NCBI RefSeq assembly: GCF_009834535.1
Contig: NC_045697.1
Location: 78,804,001 to 78,868,000, forward strand
Source of the DNA: Camelus ferus
Lineage: Eukaryota
Direction of reading: 5' to 3'
Length of the DNA stretch: 64,000 nucleotides
Shown: positions 26,530 through 40,520 of the stretch, one piece after another
How the letters are laid out: the number at the start of each line of letters is the position of its first letter
How positions within the stretch are numbered: position 1 is the first letter of the stretch
Notes under the pieces: model-generated
What the model was told of the DNA's origin: nothing
Database searches by the model: none
Seen by the model: the letters and a program-made list of their open reading frames with translations, nothing else
Translations under genes and position numbers: made by a program

Positions 26530-26880
26530 ATAGTATTTCACCTGGGGGGTTGTAATTATGTATTTATCTCTGTCTCTCCCCTTTTACACTGTAAACTCTG
26601 ACAGCAGTTCTTAATGGTAGTTGGAGAGGAGGTGAGTGAATCATTTAGAGACCTCTTTGTATATACACATTCAGTTTCCAGGCACTTCCTACCCTATCCT
26701 AAAAAGCTAACAGAATACACAAGGAAGTAGAGAGTAGAGAATAAAGGAAGAAAGGCCATGTGTATTTTTGCAAAGTTTCCCACTGTAGGGAGGAGATATA
26801 TTGAATCTATATTTGTGTGAATATCAGTAACCTGGCACGTCACAGGAGATTAATAAACACTGAATGAATAAATGAGTGGA
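26530..26880 (+). mobile_element. L2 3' end, probably interrupted by a MER5-like element
   Basis: TCTGTCTCTCCCCTTTTACACTGTAAACTC and CCTGGCAC...TAATAAACACTGAATGAATAAATGA L2 tail. Confidence 0.6.
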
Positions 26881-27408
26881 ACAAGATAAGGCAAAAACTT
26901 TCAGTTCAAAGAATTCAATACTAATAATTTTCAGTCAAGTTATTCACCAAATCCATTCTGGCATATATAGATATTATTTTCTAAACAATATTTGTACCCC
27001 CTTAAACTAGCGGTGGGTAGAGCAGAGAAGATGCTAATATTCAGGGGAGGAAAAGAAGCAGTATTGATGCCTAAGGACAAGCCTAGTGTCATACACAGAT
27101 GACAAAGAAAAACTCTACAGTTTAATGACTGTGTTGGGCTCCAGGTTCCTGCATGAGAACCAGAACACTTACCTTGCAAGATGTACTGAAAAGCTGAACC
27201 CAAGCTGCTGCACACTTCCATCATTCCCTTACTGATAGAACATTGGAAGTTACCACCAAAACGTGACAACTATTTAAGAGGAAGCAATAAAACACATATT
27301 TTGTGACATCTCCTAGGTGATCAGGACCAACTCCTCTCCTTACCAGGGAGAGAGAGGAAAAAAATGGATCAGATATTCAGTCACTTAAGAGAGTTCAACT
27401 TCAGAGTA

Positions 27409-27961
27409 TGTAGGAAAGGATTAACATCACTCAGAGGTCTAGCCTTTGCCTTTCTCTCAGGGGACATGATCTCTAGGAATAGTGTCTTTGTTAACCTGGG
27501 GAGTTTTGATTAAAATTCTGCAATGTGACTTACGAGGAGGCTTTGGGCCATGTGGTATCCACCTACTTCTGGAGAGGCTGGATACTAAAGGTCAGACACT
27601 CAGGCAGGCAACTTCATGGTGAAATCCCAATAAAAACTAGGGAACAGGTGAACTTTCCTGGTTGGCAGTACTGCATGTGTACTGTCACACGTCATTACCA
27701 GGAGAGTAATGCTCCCCATGACTGCACAAGGAAAAGATGATCAGAAGATCCTTGTTTGGAACTTTCCTGGGTTGTGCCCCATGAATCTCTTCCCTTGGCT
27801 GATTTTTATCTGTATCCTTTCCCTGTAACTGTAACTGTGAGTGTAACAGTTTTCAGTGAGTTCTGTGACTCCTCCTAGTGAACTAGCAAACCCAAGGGTG
27901 GTCTTTGAACCCCCAAATTCAGCAGTTGGTATCAGAATGGTCTGTTCTCTAACTCTGTACA
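27409..27961 (+). mobile_element. Solo LTR, MER21-like (ERVL)
   Basis: TG...CA termini. CTGTATCCTTTCCCTGTAAC...TGAGTTCTGTGACTCCTCCTAGTGAA...CCCAAGGGTGGTCTTTGAACCCCC is typical of the MER21 3' part. Confidence 0.75.
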
Positions 27962-28354
27962 GAGCTTCTCTGATTCTTGGAGGGGATTAAGGGAGTCACG
28001 ACTCTCAGGCCATTGCAACATAGGAGTTAAATGAGCAATAGAATTACCCCAAATTAGAAGGTTCCTGTGTATCCTGTCTTTGGCTACAAAGACTGTGTGG
28101 TACTTCCAGAAATTCTAACTTACTGTCAGCAGTGTCTCCAGGGTTACAGCAAGCCAGGGCTTCACAACTTCAGAAAAACCATCTCCCTAGACTGTTTTTC
28201 ATTTACTTTGAGAACTTACGGAATTATTTTCTAATTACCTGAAAAGTAAAGGCACTACTTTGTTTTTTTAATTCTCTCCTGATCCATAGCAGAGAATCAC
28301 AAGTGAGCATCACTTTAATATTTAAATAAATAATAACAGATTTGACAATCATAA

Positions 28355-28510
28355 TTATATAATACATACATACACAAATAGTGTTTACTCTGTGCAGGGA
28401 CTGTTCTGAGTGCTTTAAATAAATTAACTCTCAATCCTCACAATCATTAACCCCTACTGTGGTAGATGTTCACCCACTGATAAACCTTTCACATTAAAGA
28501 GAAAAATAAA
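28355..28510 (-). mobile_element. MIR fragment
   Basis: GTGTTTACTCTGTGCAGGGACTGTTCTGAGTGCTTTA...AATCCTCACAA. Confidence 0.7.
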
Positions 28511-29004
28511 GCCATCTAACCAGCCAAATTGCTTGGTTGATTGGTTTAAACAATTAAGTGGCATTTGAAAAGGCAACTTTGTTTCAGTTTGGTCATCTTC
28601 TCAGTCCACTTTAGCTCAGATCTAGGTACAGGATTTTTAGTTCTGGACTTCCAGAAAGTGCATCCTGGGATCAACTGTTGTCTTGGAAATACTATTTCTC
28701 ACCCAGACCACAAACAAGAATTTCCTGTAGGAAATCCAAAAAGGACTGATGGAATTGGGACTTTGGAAGTGGAAGTGGTGAAGATCTTTAAGATATTATA
28801 GGGCACTGGTGTACACAGTTAAAAAAAAAAAAGATGTTAAGAAGGGGGGCAATTTTTCCTTCCTTTGTCTAATATATAATTTTCTGATGGAATTTTAGAC
28901 GTTTATGAGATCTGGCTTTTAGAAGTATTTTGTATATGTGCAACAGATTTTTTTTTTCTCTTACTTTAATTCTATGAAATGCTGTTGTAAATTTTTTCTG
29001 GAGT

Positions 29005-29552
29005 ATGCAGTCTTCCATCTATCTATCACTACATAATAAATCATCCTAACACCCATTTTCTCATAAGTCTGCAACATAGGCAGGGCCCAGTGGGGACAGC
29101 TCATCTTTAATCCACTTAGAATCAAATAGGGTGACTGGAAGGCAGGGAGCTAGAAATCACCTGAAGACTGCTTCACTCATATATTTAGTGGTTGATGTTG
29201 GCTGCTGGCTGGGTACTCAGCTGGAGCTGTGGCCTGAACACCAAGATATGGCTTTTCCATGAGGATACTTGGCTTCTTCAGAACATGGTATTTGGTTTCC
29301 AAAGACAAGAGTCCCGAAGGAGGAAGTCAGAAAGAAACCTTACCATTCTTATGACCTCATTTGAGATGTCATGCACTCTTGATTCAGATCACTCAGCTGC
29401 ATTTTGTTTATGGAGAGTCTCACAAAAGCCTGTCTAATTTCAAGAGAAGGGGAAATTGAACTCATTCCTTGATGGGGGTGGCAAGGTTGTAGAAGAGCAC
29501 GTGGGACCAACAATAATGCTTGTGCCATTTTTGGGCAATATCACCTACTCCA
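29005..29552 (-). mobile_element. MLT1 (ERVL-MaLR) LTR
   Basis: GGCAGGGCCCAGTGGGGACAGCTCATCT...CTCAGCTGGAGCTGT...GGCTTCTTCAGAACATGG...TTCAAGAGAAGGGGAA. Confidence 0.8.
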
Positions 29553-31119
29553 ACAACTCCCTATAAGAAAGGAAAACTAATGACTTGTGTTTATTTTCCC
29601 ATAGGAGAAAAGAAACACTAACATCTATTTCACAGATAATGCAGCAGGCACACACATTCAGAACTTCAGATTAAAGTTGCCAAGCTTTCCCATTCTTCAT
29701 AACTGAAGTGTCTCACTTCTGTTTCCTACTGGCCAGCCGGTAGTCAAATGAACTGGGTTTACTTTGGGTAAATGATCACAGTTTTCAAACTGCAAGGATT
29801 TTTAACATTAGCAAGGTTATCCACAAAATGATTACTCTATTTCAAGGACAAAATGGAACAAGATACTATAGTTTTTTTAAACTGAGATTATTTATAATTT
29901 TTAAATTAAATTTTATCATAGATGGAAAGAACTTCCCTATATATTTACCAGTATAATTTCCCATTAGTTGCAGCCCATAAGCACAGCTCACTGTGTCCTT
30001 TGTGGTAGGTTCAGTATGGCAGAAAGCGAACAGGATAACAACTCAGTCTGAAAATTCACCTCACTCCCCTAAACTCCAGTATCTTCACTTATCAAATAAG
30101 ACATAATTAAAAACTAAATCACACTTTTATTTTGAGAATTAAATAAAAACATGTAGATGGAAATTATTTTAAAATTCAAAGTCATATACTAAATTATATC
30201 ATAATTATTTTATCATTTTGGATATCACATTGCAAAGAATGAATAAGAAATGTTCTTCTTTTCCAGATGTATTAATTTTTTTTCTGAAATTAGGTTTGAA
30301 GTTACAGAATAGGAAACTGGAGAAAACTAAGTCTGGTTAAAATGCTAACAAAATACTTTTTGACCTAAATTTTAGTATAATTGGTCCTCTGCTTCTATTC
30401 TAAAATAATATTCTTCCAGAAACGCAGGTTTTCACATTTCAAGATACGTATTATGGAGGCAAAATAGTGAGGGAACGGCACATGAACATAATGTAGATTT
30501 TTTTTTGAAGTATTTTTACACTAATTGATACTTTACAAGGAGAGGAACTTGATTACATTTCCCCTTAGTGTTTAAGGTTTCCCTAATCAAAAGGAAAGAA
30601 GAATTGGGGAAACTGAGCCATAATTAGAATTTCTCAGGATTGTTTCTGAAGTGGCTTCAGCACAGAAAGCAAATTATGATCAGTTTTTCCAAATAAGCAT
30701 TGTATGTCATAAACTAAATCTCCTCATCTTAACTGCTCTGCACTGTGTTTGCTACCACCCAGTTAAGTACAGGAGCGGTAATGCCTCTTATACTCTGTCA
30801 TCACTGCAATGAGGAGATCCTGTGCATGGAAGTAAATAACATGGCCAGTGTGGTGGGCATCTCCCCAGAGAACTGGCATCCCCAGGCTGGTGTCTCCGGG
30901 ATCGTGACTTGATTCCTTGGACTTGACAAGAATCACAGCTATACTAAATGCACATTTCCTACCTGCGCACTGAAGGGAAGTAAAATAATTTTGCCCCTTA
31001 AGCTAGTTACTCCTAAAATCCAGACAACATTCACCATCACAAAGTTGTGCAGCAAGAGCTTGGGTCTGTTCTCCAACCTCCAGTTCTCACAGTTTGAGTC
31101 ACTTTTGACAAGGAGGGGG

Positions 31120-31303
31120 CAGGGCAGGGGATAGAAAAAATAGTAAGACCTGGAGCAAAGAAGAATATGATTCAAGTCCAAATTCTGTCACTTACAGTGA
31201 ACTTGAGCATATCAAACAACTTCCCTAAGCTTTAGATTCCCCTGTAAAACAAAATCGGTACCCTACTACCTGATACCAAAGTGAAAGCACTTTAAAAATG
31301 TAA
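31120..31303 (+). mobile_element. MIR fragment
   Basis: TTCAAGTCCAAATTCTGTCACTTAC...CTTGAGCA...GTGAAAGCACTTTAAAAATGTAA. Confidence 0.6.
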
Positions 31304-31304
31304 G

Positions 31305-31495
31305 CCGGTGGTTGTCAAACTCTAGTAGGCATCAGTATCACCAGGAGGGCTGGTTAAACCAGATGATGAGGGCCCGTCCCCAGAGTTTCTGATTCAATAG
31401 GTTTTGGGTGGGGCCTGGGAATTTGCATTTCTGACAAGTTCCCAGGTGACACTGCTGCTGCTGCTGGACCAGAGGCCACACTTGGATGACAACTG
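31305..31495. mobile_element. MER5A (hAT-Charlie), near full length
   Basis: CGGTGGTTGTCAAACT...GCATCAGTATCACC...CAGAGTTTCTGATTCAATAGG...GGAATTTGCATTTCTGACAAGTTCCCAGGTGA...GACAACTG. Confidence 0.9.
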
Positions 31496-34289
31496 CTCCA
31501 AAACAATATACAAATTCAAGTGTAGCAGCTGCCAAAGTAGGTATTAAATAGCTTGTGAGAAACAAGTCTTCGGATATAAAACACAATCCACTACATAAGA
31601 CTGCAGCAAGGCTGAACGCAGCAGACTGCCACAGTCAGCAGAAACTTTTCAGAGCTTTTCAGGGGTTACCACATGAGGCATGAATGTGTTGTGGTGAGAT
31701 TTTATTTCTTCCAACCAGACACTGCTATGCTCAACAAACTGAAAAAGCTGAGTGCCTCAGATACCCAATTCTTTGTAAAAATCTCGAAAGGCTGCCTTTC
31801 TGGTAGAGATCAATTCCTCTGTTTGGAAATTTGACTTTGTTCCTGGTTTTATTTTTTAAATCCTGCTAATCAACTTGTTTCATCAGTGAAGTTTTGACCA
31901 ATAACAATCTGGACTTAGTATTTAATAGAAATATTTCGTGAAGAGTGGTATACTTTACATGAAACAAATCGAGGGATGTCAAGCTCTGGTAGTGATGGCA
32001 AATGGTAATCCCATTCCCTCTCATCTAGTTCATTACTATTACATGTAAAAATACAAAAATTATAGTCGAGACTGTCTTCAAAAACTTAATTTAAAACTTT
32101 AAAGGACTCTGGAAAAATGCATTTCTCTGTGAAACTAACTTACTTTAAAGAAAGCCAGAAAATATAGTACTTTAAAAAGCAGAATTATTATTTGTAGTAT
32201 TTGCATACACAGTTTTCCATGGTAATGTTAAAGTTACTACATTCTTCAAAGGCCCCTTAAAATAACGTACTCTGCCTTCCTAAATGGACCCTGACAAGGG
32301 AAGTCTGTGAAAGTGACCTACTCACGGCTGTGCCCCGTGCATCTTTAAAATACCGCCAGGACTCAAGTCTACATCAACAAGAGTTATTTATTTGGCTTAA
32401 TTTTACCCCAAATTATTATCCTGCAACATGAAAATCATAAGGGATTTTATGAACAGGCCGAAATTACTTTTTTAGTTCTATTAAGGCTCAGTACCGTACC
32501 AATATATTTCTACTTGTTAAAAAAAAAACAATGTATTTCTACTGCAGATCTATTTGTAAAAAATTAGTCCAGAACCTGGTATCAGCTCCTGAGTCAGTTT
32601 TCTTATTAATTTTATAACTTATTAGAAAAATGCTATAGGAGATTTGTGCATAGTAAAGTATATCAGTATTGAGAACTAGACAGCATTCTTTATATTACCA
32701 GCGAGCATGATGGAAAATGAAAGAATACTAAATGTCGCTATACTGACAATATGGATGCATATGATCTTGCTGAAATAAATACATCTCAGATTGCAGGCTA
32801 AATTCTTTAAAGACTTTCCCAACAAACTCTTCAATAGTTCTCTCTCAAATCTTTCTAACAAACAGACATAGAGAAGAGCCTTCATTTACCTTTGTTTGAT
32901 ATCTTACTGGAAAATTGATATTGACCATTGACATAACTAAGGACAATAAAATGAACTTGTGAACTTGTTCTTCCATGGGGAAGGGGAATGAGGGAACTGT
33001 GAATTGCTCTAAACCATAGAGGACTGAATTCTCATTTCCAGAATCCACACAGCATTCCCTTTTATGCAATATGATTACAGTCTCTATGTGTAGAAACTGT
33101 TCATACAATCATAGAGTTGCTTTATGTAGTATTTAATAAGTTAAGACTTCACTGGCAGCTATCATACTGAATTCCAAAACATAGCATGCATCCCTGCTTA
33201 TTACAAAATATTTATATTTTATTGCTCAAATGCAGAAATAATTTACAATTTCAGCAAAAAGTGCCTGTTGCGACCCCAACTGTATATATTATGAACATTC
33301 CATTCAACTTATCCCTAACATGGATAAAATAAGCAACTTGTAATTCTGATGATGAAGTCTCAAACTGTTTGATAATGAAAAATGATCTAATATATTGTGA
33401 TAAGAAAAATACATTTCAGGAAATGTGTAACAAGTTTGCGCAGGACAAAGGGATAAAGCATCAAGGCAGCTGAAATAGTACAATAAAGAATACGGAGCTC
33501 TGTGCCCTCCAGGTCCACGACAAGTGAGAAAGACAAGTTCCCTGGCCTTCTTTCATTTCCTTCCATTTCCTCAGGTTCTGAAAGAAATATGCTCATACAA
33601 GCTTAACTCCTTTTTTTAAGAACAGGCAGCCTGTTAAGGAGCTGGTATATCCTAGCCAGATCATCTACACTCTCTTATTATGCCTTAAATTTTGAGATAT
33701 TTTTGCATGTGTGTATATGGGAGGAGGAAGGAGAGGCTGATATAGTGATGCCAGGTACTGTTAACTTCCAGGAAAAACAGAACGTAAGATGCTTTGAGTC
33801 CTCTTCTCACATGAAGGTGTATCAACAGCTCTAAGTTCCATTCTCCCTTCATGAACAGTGAAGTCATTCTCTACAAATAATGTTTGGATTCTTCCATTCT
33901 TTTTTTTTAAATATGGGAGCAACAGTATTTCCACAGAGAATAAACATTACAAGAACCACTAAAAACAGTGGGATACAAAAACTTTTTGTCAATTTACTGT
34001 ACATCAGTCTTGCAAACTCTCAGAACTCTTGGATAGTTAATCTTGAATTTCTCTTCATTTAATTTTTCAACTAGCCCATCACACTGAATATTCTTCTACT
34101 ATGCATGAAAGCAAGAAAAAAAACCCACCAATATCATGTATGCACACTATATAAAATATGTCTAATTATGTAAAAGTATATATATTGAATATATAAGTAA
34201 AGCCACACACATACACATATATATGGTTTTCCAATGCACACTATAAGAAGATTCTGTTTGCATTCATATGTTGCACTAGTTTAATTAAT

Positions 34290-34560
34290 AATTATTGAGG
34301 ATCGGGTAAGTGTCAAGCACTAAATACTAGATGAAGATAAATCAGACATATTACTTGACTCTGTGAATCTCACTAAGAGAGACAGACTCTAATAAATAAA
34401 GTAATTAATTAAACTTTACTTAAAGTTTGTTAAACAAAACAAGAGACATACATGTAAACAGATAATTACAATATAGTGTGAAAAGTTGCTATATTAGTGT
34501 TTTTTGCATCTTACTATAGGCACCAAACAAGAGGTAGATTAATGGAATTTCCCTAGAAGC
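34290..34560 (-). mobile_element. L2 fragment
   Basis: ATTATTGAGG...TGTCAAGCACT...AGATAAATCAGACAT...GTAAACAGATAATTACAATATAGTGTG. Confidence 0.55.
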
Positions 34561-36967
34561 TCTGTGTTAGGTCTTTCTCTCTGTATCTAAGAGTTTCCTT
34601 ATAATTCATCAACTTGAATACCATGGAAGCAGCTCAATACGACTATCAGATAATTTCAAAGCTGTCCCCACCCCAAACACTCCACTCCACCTAGCAGTGA
34701 GCAAAGTCAGCTCTGCTGCTTCTCTGGGCACATCAAAGGAAACATAAACACTTTAAGTGGGCCACAGAGTGAGACTGGCATTGGGAGTCCAGGACTCAAA
34801 GAATAAAAGTATTGGCATGAATGCCTGAGAAGTTTCCTTTTTAACACACTAAGATTTGACACATACCCACTAAGCACCTATGGGACAGGAGCCAAGCTCC
34901 AGGCTGGGTACTGTAATTCAGAAAGGAATGAGACCTGGTCGATGTTGTAAAGGATCACATACACTAACAATTGATATTAAAATAAAGAAACCGGGACAAC
35001 TAGTTATCAGCAAATCTGACTACACATTATATTTCTATAAAAATGCATATCCACCAATTTAAAATACTGAATGTCTTTTTATTTTCCAACTACCAATTCA
35101 CTTACCAAATTATCAATTTTAGATATCGAAGATTTGTTTTAATTGTGGATCAGGGTGGAGAGGCTCCCTAATTAATTAGGTTGAAAATTTTTTTTAAAGA
35201 AACAGTAGTATGTGGAGCCTCTCAGAATGTCAACACACACTGAAGGAAGTATTTTCCAGCACTATTTCTGCAGGTACGTTGGCTCCAATTTTGGTCTCTC
35301 TACACTTACACACAATCCCTCTGTCCACGAGAGCCTTCAAATCTGTAGTTCCACTTCCTTAAATAGTCCCTTTTTCCTCTGAACTGGATGATTTACAATT
35401 TCTAATAAATTTAGGTGGCATGGTTGCACTTAGGCAGTAGGTCTGTAACAATTACCCAGTGGTTTTTAAACTGAAGTTTAATTCATTATGAACTGAGTGA
35501 GACTGAAATTCTGCGTTCTAAGTGTTATTATCAGTGCTACTTACAGACAGGAGAGACATCATCTCCATGCCCTAACTGCCATTAGTTTACATCAAGTACC
35601 ATTTATTTAGCATGGTGGGCAAATGGATTAGTTTAACTTTCTTGGCATTTGTGATTTTTTTTTTTCCATGCTACAGAACTTTTCTAAGACATAATCACTG
35701 CACTATTTCCAAAGCCCCAATATTCATCTTTGGTCATTTGGGAATGTTTCCTAACCAAGCAATGAGAAAAGTTCTTTGCTGTGAGGGATAAGAGAAAAAT
35801 AACTTTTTTCCCCCACAAATCCTGACTGTAAACACAGGCCTGCCCCTGCATGACCCTGGGTGTTGCCAGTTACACATATGCACGGAGCATGGGAATCCTC
35901 TTCCCTGCAGCCCTCACCTGCCATTTCCATCACGCTGCGGCCGCAGCTCCAAGCAGGCAGTAAATCTGTCAGTGGGGCCTAGCACCAAACGGCACCATCT
36001 TCCTATCTAGCCTTTTAAGACAAGCCCCCGAACAATTTCTCCCCCTTAGAGTGACATAAATGCTACACTCAGAAAAAGGCTGATACCAAAATCTTTACTC
36101 AACTTGCTTTTTCTCACGAAAATTTTTATCAATAGAAACTGATAAGAACAAATTTCAAAGAATCATCTAAATGTATCCATCCTTGAAAAATCAAGGACAC
36201 TCATTTTGTTTTGGTTTGCCCGTAAATACTGGCTAGTGCCTGAAGAGCTGAAGATAAACTGAGGGATATATTGAGAGGGGATCACTTGGCAGCCAGGTTT
36301 GAAGACTGTACTTCTGAAGCTCCATCAACGACTTCAAGTGAAAGGTTTGTGTTTATCCACCTTTAACTAGGAACGCTGCAGTTTCAGCTTTTCTTTCTCC
36401 CGTTAGTCCTAGTGTTATTATCAACGATGTATTGGAATAGAAAAAGGGTCACAAGTAATCTGAGAAGGGGGAAGAAAAGGCAAGACTCTTCATTCTAAAT
36501 ATTGCAGCCATTTGGAAAGGATAGCTTTCACACAGAAATCCCCAAACCTCACAGATCTCCCAAAAGTGAATTGATTTGTCATATTTTAGACATACACCTC
36601 ATATTTAAAGTAAGCTTAATGGTTTTTGTTCTCCATATACATATATATATTAAAAATTGCTCCCATGCTATAATGGGATGAATAAAATTTGGGGTTAGAT
36701 TTGGGTTCAAATTCTATTTTGGCCACTTACATGTAGGTTAAGGAGGATTCAGTGAATTAGCATATATAAGTATCTGGAATGTGACATGTGATAAAAATAT
36801 ATTGGTTCTTACTTCTTTCTTACCAGCCATAAAAAATTAAAATTAAAAAAACACTTATTTTTACATGATTGATATGTGTTGTTTTTAAAACCTCTAATAA
36901 CTATGACTTGATTTTTTAATGTTATTTTTTTCTATGTGAACTGATGTCATTTTATTTCATAAGAGAT

Positions 36968-38225
36968 AGTAAATAATACCAGGAAAACAGGATATCCATA
37001 TGCAAAAGAATGAAGTTGCACCCTTGCCTTACACCATATAAAGAAATGAACTGAAAATGGATCAAAAACCTAACTGTTAAAACTAAAACCATAAAACACT
37101 TAGAGAAAAACTTCATGACATTGGATGTAGCAATGATTCCTTGATATGACACCAAGAACAGACAATAAAAGAAAAAAAAATTGGATTTTATCAAAATTAA
37201 AACTTTTTGATTATCAAATGACATTTGATAAATGATAACACATAAAAGGACATTTTCAACAGAGTAGAAAGGCAACACACTGAATGGAAGAAAATATTTG
37301 TAAATCATATATCTGATCAGAGGTTAATATCCAGAATTTATAAAGGACTCCTACAACTCAACAACAAAACAACAAACATTCCAATTTAAAAATGGACAAA
37401 GATTTGAATAGATATTTCTCCAAAGAAGATATACAAATGATCAATAAGCACATGAAAAGATGCTCAAAATCACTACTCATTAGGAAGAATGCAAATCAAA
37501 ACCACAATAGATACCATTTCACTCATTAGGATGGCTATTATCCAAAAAACAAAAAATAGTAAGTGCAGCAAGGAAGTGGAGAAATTGGAGCCCTTGTGTG
37601 CTGCTGGTTGAAATGTAAAACAGTGCAGCTGCTATGGAAAACGTATGGTGATTCTTTAAAAAATTTAAAATAGAACTGCCATATGATCCAGCAATTCTAC
37701 TTCTGAGCATATACCGAAAAGGAGTGAAAAGCAGCTACTGAAACAGGTATGTGTCCACCCGTGTTCACAGCAGCATTATTCACAATAGCCAAAAAGTGTG
37801 AACAGATAAACAAAATGTGGTATATACATTTAATGGAATACTATTCAGTCTTAAAAAGGAAGAAAATTCTGGCACATGCTAAAAATTGGATAAATCTTTA
37901 AGACGTTATGCTAAGTGAAATAAGCCAGTCAAAAAAAGAACACATATTCTATGATACCATACAGATGAGGTACCCTAGAGCACTCAAATTTATAGAGACA
38001 CAAAGTAGAATGGCGGTTGCCAGGAATTTGGGGGCAGAAAAGTAGGGAGTTATTGCTTAATGGATAAGAAGTTTCAGTTTGGGAAGATGAAAGAAAAAAG
38101 TTCTGGAGATGGACAGGGTGGTGGTTGCAGAACAATGTGAATGTACCTAATGCTACTGAACTGTACACTTGAAAATAATTTAAATGGCAAATTTTATGCT
38201 ATGCATATTTCACAATAAAAAATCA
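36968..38225 (+). mobile_element. 5'-truncated L1 (L1MB-like): ORF2 end plus 3'UTR
   Basis: GGATATCCATATGCAAAAGAATGAAG, ATGCAAATCAAAACCACAAT, CCATATGATCCAGCAATTC, and a 3'UTR ending CACAATAAAAAA. Many stops and frameshifts. Confidence 0.92.
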
Positions 38226-38594
38226 ATTTAAAAAATCTAGATCATTCTAGCCAGACAATAGTTTTAATCAACATATGGCAGTATGATAAGAAAATATTTT
38301 AATACCTGTAAAATAACACCCATTTTCAAAAACTGGTCCCAGTACACTAACTGAATTTCCCAATGAATGTTACCAATAAAAAACTTAAATATAAAAAGAG
38401 TCCTTGATCACTTGAAATACCAGTGATAGCCTATTCTCATGTGGCAGTTACTTAAGAATTAGAAAGAACTAAATTCAAATTCTAGCTCTACCACTTATGA
38501 AAAATTGAACAAGTACTTAGTCTCTTAGTTTCTTCATCTATAAAACCACCCTTTTAGGACTGCACAGAGAGAGAGAGATACATATGCATACATA

Positions 38595-38936
38595 CACCCA
38601 GGTAATCTCAATGACTCAATACAAGTGTTCACGTGGCATCCTTTCACATGGTTATTCAGAATCCTGGTTCCCTTTACCTCATTTCACCACTATCTACTAC
38701 AGTTTCCTCAGAGTCACCCACAAGCTCTTCTGCATTCAACCAGCAAAAATGTTGAGAGTGAGAAAGATCACGTGGGACATTTTATGGAAATGGAGTTCAA
38801 CACTTCAATGAACATTCCATTGACCAGAACCTGATTCCATGGTTCTAATCTACTTGCAAGGGAAGCTGCTAAACAAAGTACTACCTGCCCAGAACAGGAA
38901 AGGAGAGTGGTGGGCACCGAGTCAGTCTCTGTTACA
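38595..38936 (-). mobile_element. MLT1-type MaLR LTR
   Basis: AACATTCCATTGACCAGAAC...CTACTTGCAAGGGAAGCTG...GTCAGTCTCTGTTACA terminus. Confidence 0.7.
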
Positions 38937-39929
38937 AACGCAACCTAGGAGAATGTTGTCTCCTATCCCTTAAGAAACATCTGCAAGAATACAATGAGAG
39001 AAAGAAAGCAGATTACCTCTTTTCTTCTTTGATTATTTGATGCCTCCCTGGTGTCAGGTGTTTATTTCTTTGCACGAAAGATACATTTGTCCTCGGGGTA
39101 CCCAAATGTTTTTCTGGGCTATTTAAAGTCACAAGATAAGCACTGTGTATTTTCTTGGACTATCTTAACTGGTTGGGGCAGTAGGGTAGGGGTGGAGTCA
39201 GAGATGAAATGATTTAATTTGTATATAATTTAAAACTTTAAGTTTATAAAGTAAACTTAAATATGGTATACAATACAAAATTCACATGAATTTTTAAATA
39301 GAGAAATCATGAAATTTCAAAGATGTCATATGTGAAGGGGACCCTTTATGCTGAATTTCTCCCCATGACTATATACATATGTTCATTTTGCTCTAGAATC
39401 ATCTTATCAGAAAGGTATGAGAAGCACTGATCATTCCAGGCAAATATTTTTCGTGTGTTTTTAATTATTAAACTGAACCTTTCCACTTCTTGTTGAGTCA
39501 AGTATTTTATGTTTCATATATATAATATACATATATATATATAATTACTAAATACTAGCATAGTCTGAATATTACACAGTGGATATACAGAAACTTACAC
39601 TATCATTATAACCAAACTGCATTCCCACACCCTCAGTATAAATATACTGACACATTCTTCCAGCTAAAAAGAGTTATCACCCAAATGGTACTATGTCTGC
39701 AATGCCATCCAACTGTTAAGAGCAGTTCTCTCTTGCACATGTTCAAAGATAGGCAGGTGGAGAGGTGTTGTAAGACAAAGTGTAGGCAAGCCAAGTAACT
39801 AGTTCAAATTTGTGTCTGTCAACATTTTGGAAGAGGCAGTTTGGCTGGATTTCCAGACTTAAAGCATTTGTTTATTTGATGTGCAGCATAGATAAAGATT
39901 TACTCTTTCAGTTCACATTCTATTATTTG

Positions 39930-40515
39930 ACCTTAGAAAAGAAATTCATGTTAATGGTATCTAACAAAACAAGGTAAGATACAGAAAGTGATAATAATTT
40001 TCCTCCTTCTCCATCCATCCTCACCCTGCGTAGCCAATGTTAACATTTTTTCTTGGGGTCATACAAATATATACAAGCATATATGTACATACCATTCTTA
40101 GATATTTTTAATACAAAAATGGAATTGTACCAAATCCACTGCATTTCTCATTTAACATATTAGAAACATTTCTCCAGTTCATAAAAGGTGGATCTATTTC
40201 ATTTCAAATTATAGAATTATATTCTCCAATATGATATACCACAACTGATTCAACTTGGACATTCATAGGGTATTTTGCCTGTATATGTGTTTCTTAATCA
40301 CTACAAAAGGATTCTGCAATAAATAGCCTTGTATAGATGCCTCTACACAATGGATCTTTTATTTCTTATTATAAGCTAGATTTTTCGAAGAGCCAATGAA
40401 TATATTTATTTCTAATTTTAAAATTGATCTATTTAATATGCACTTATGTGTTCTTTAACTCTACTTGGCTGGTCTACTTGTCCTTCCCTAGGCCAGTAAC
40501 ACATTGTTTTGATCA
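39930..40515 (-). mobile_element. Ancient L1 (L1ME-like) fragment
   Basis: Reverse L1 3'/ORF2 motifs such as ATACCACAA, CTGCAATAAATAGCCTTGTA and GCCAGTAACACATTGTTTTGAT. Confidence 0.55.
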
Positions 40516-40520
40516 CAGAG

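Noticed and set aside
36952..37308. 118-aa minus-strand ORF
   Set aside because: Antisense reading of an L1 ORF2 remnant, a common artefact.
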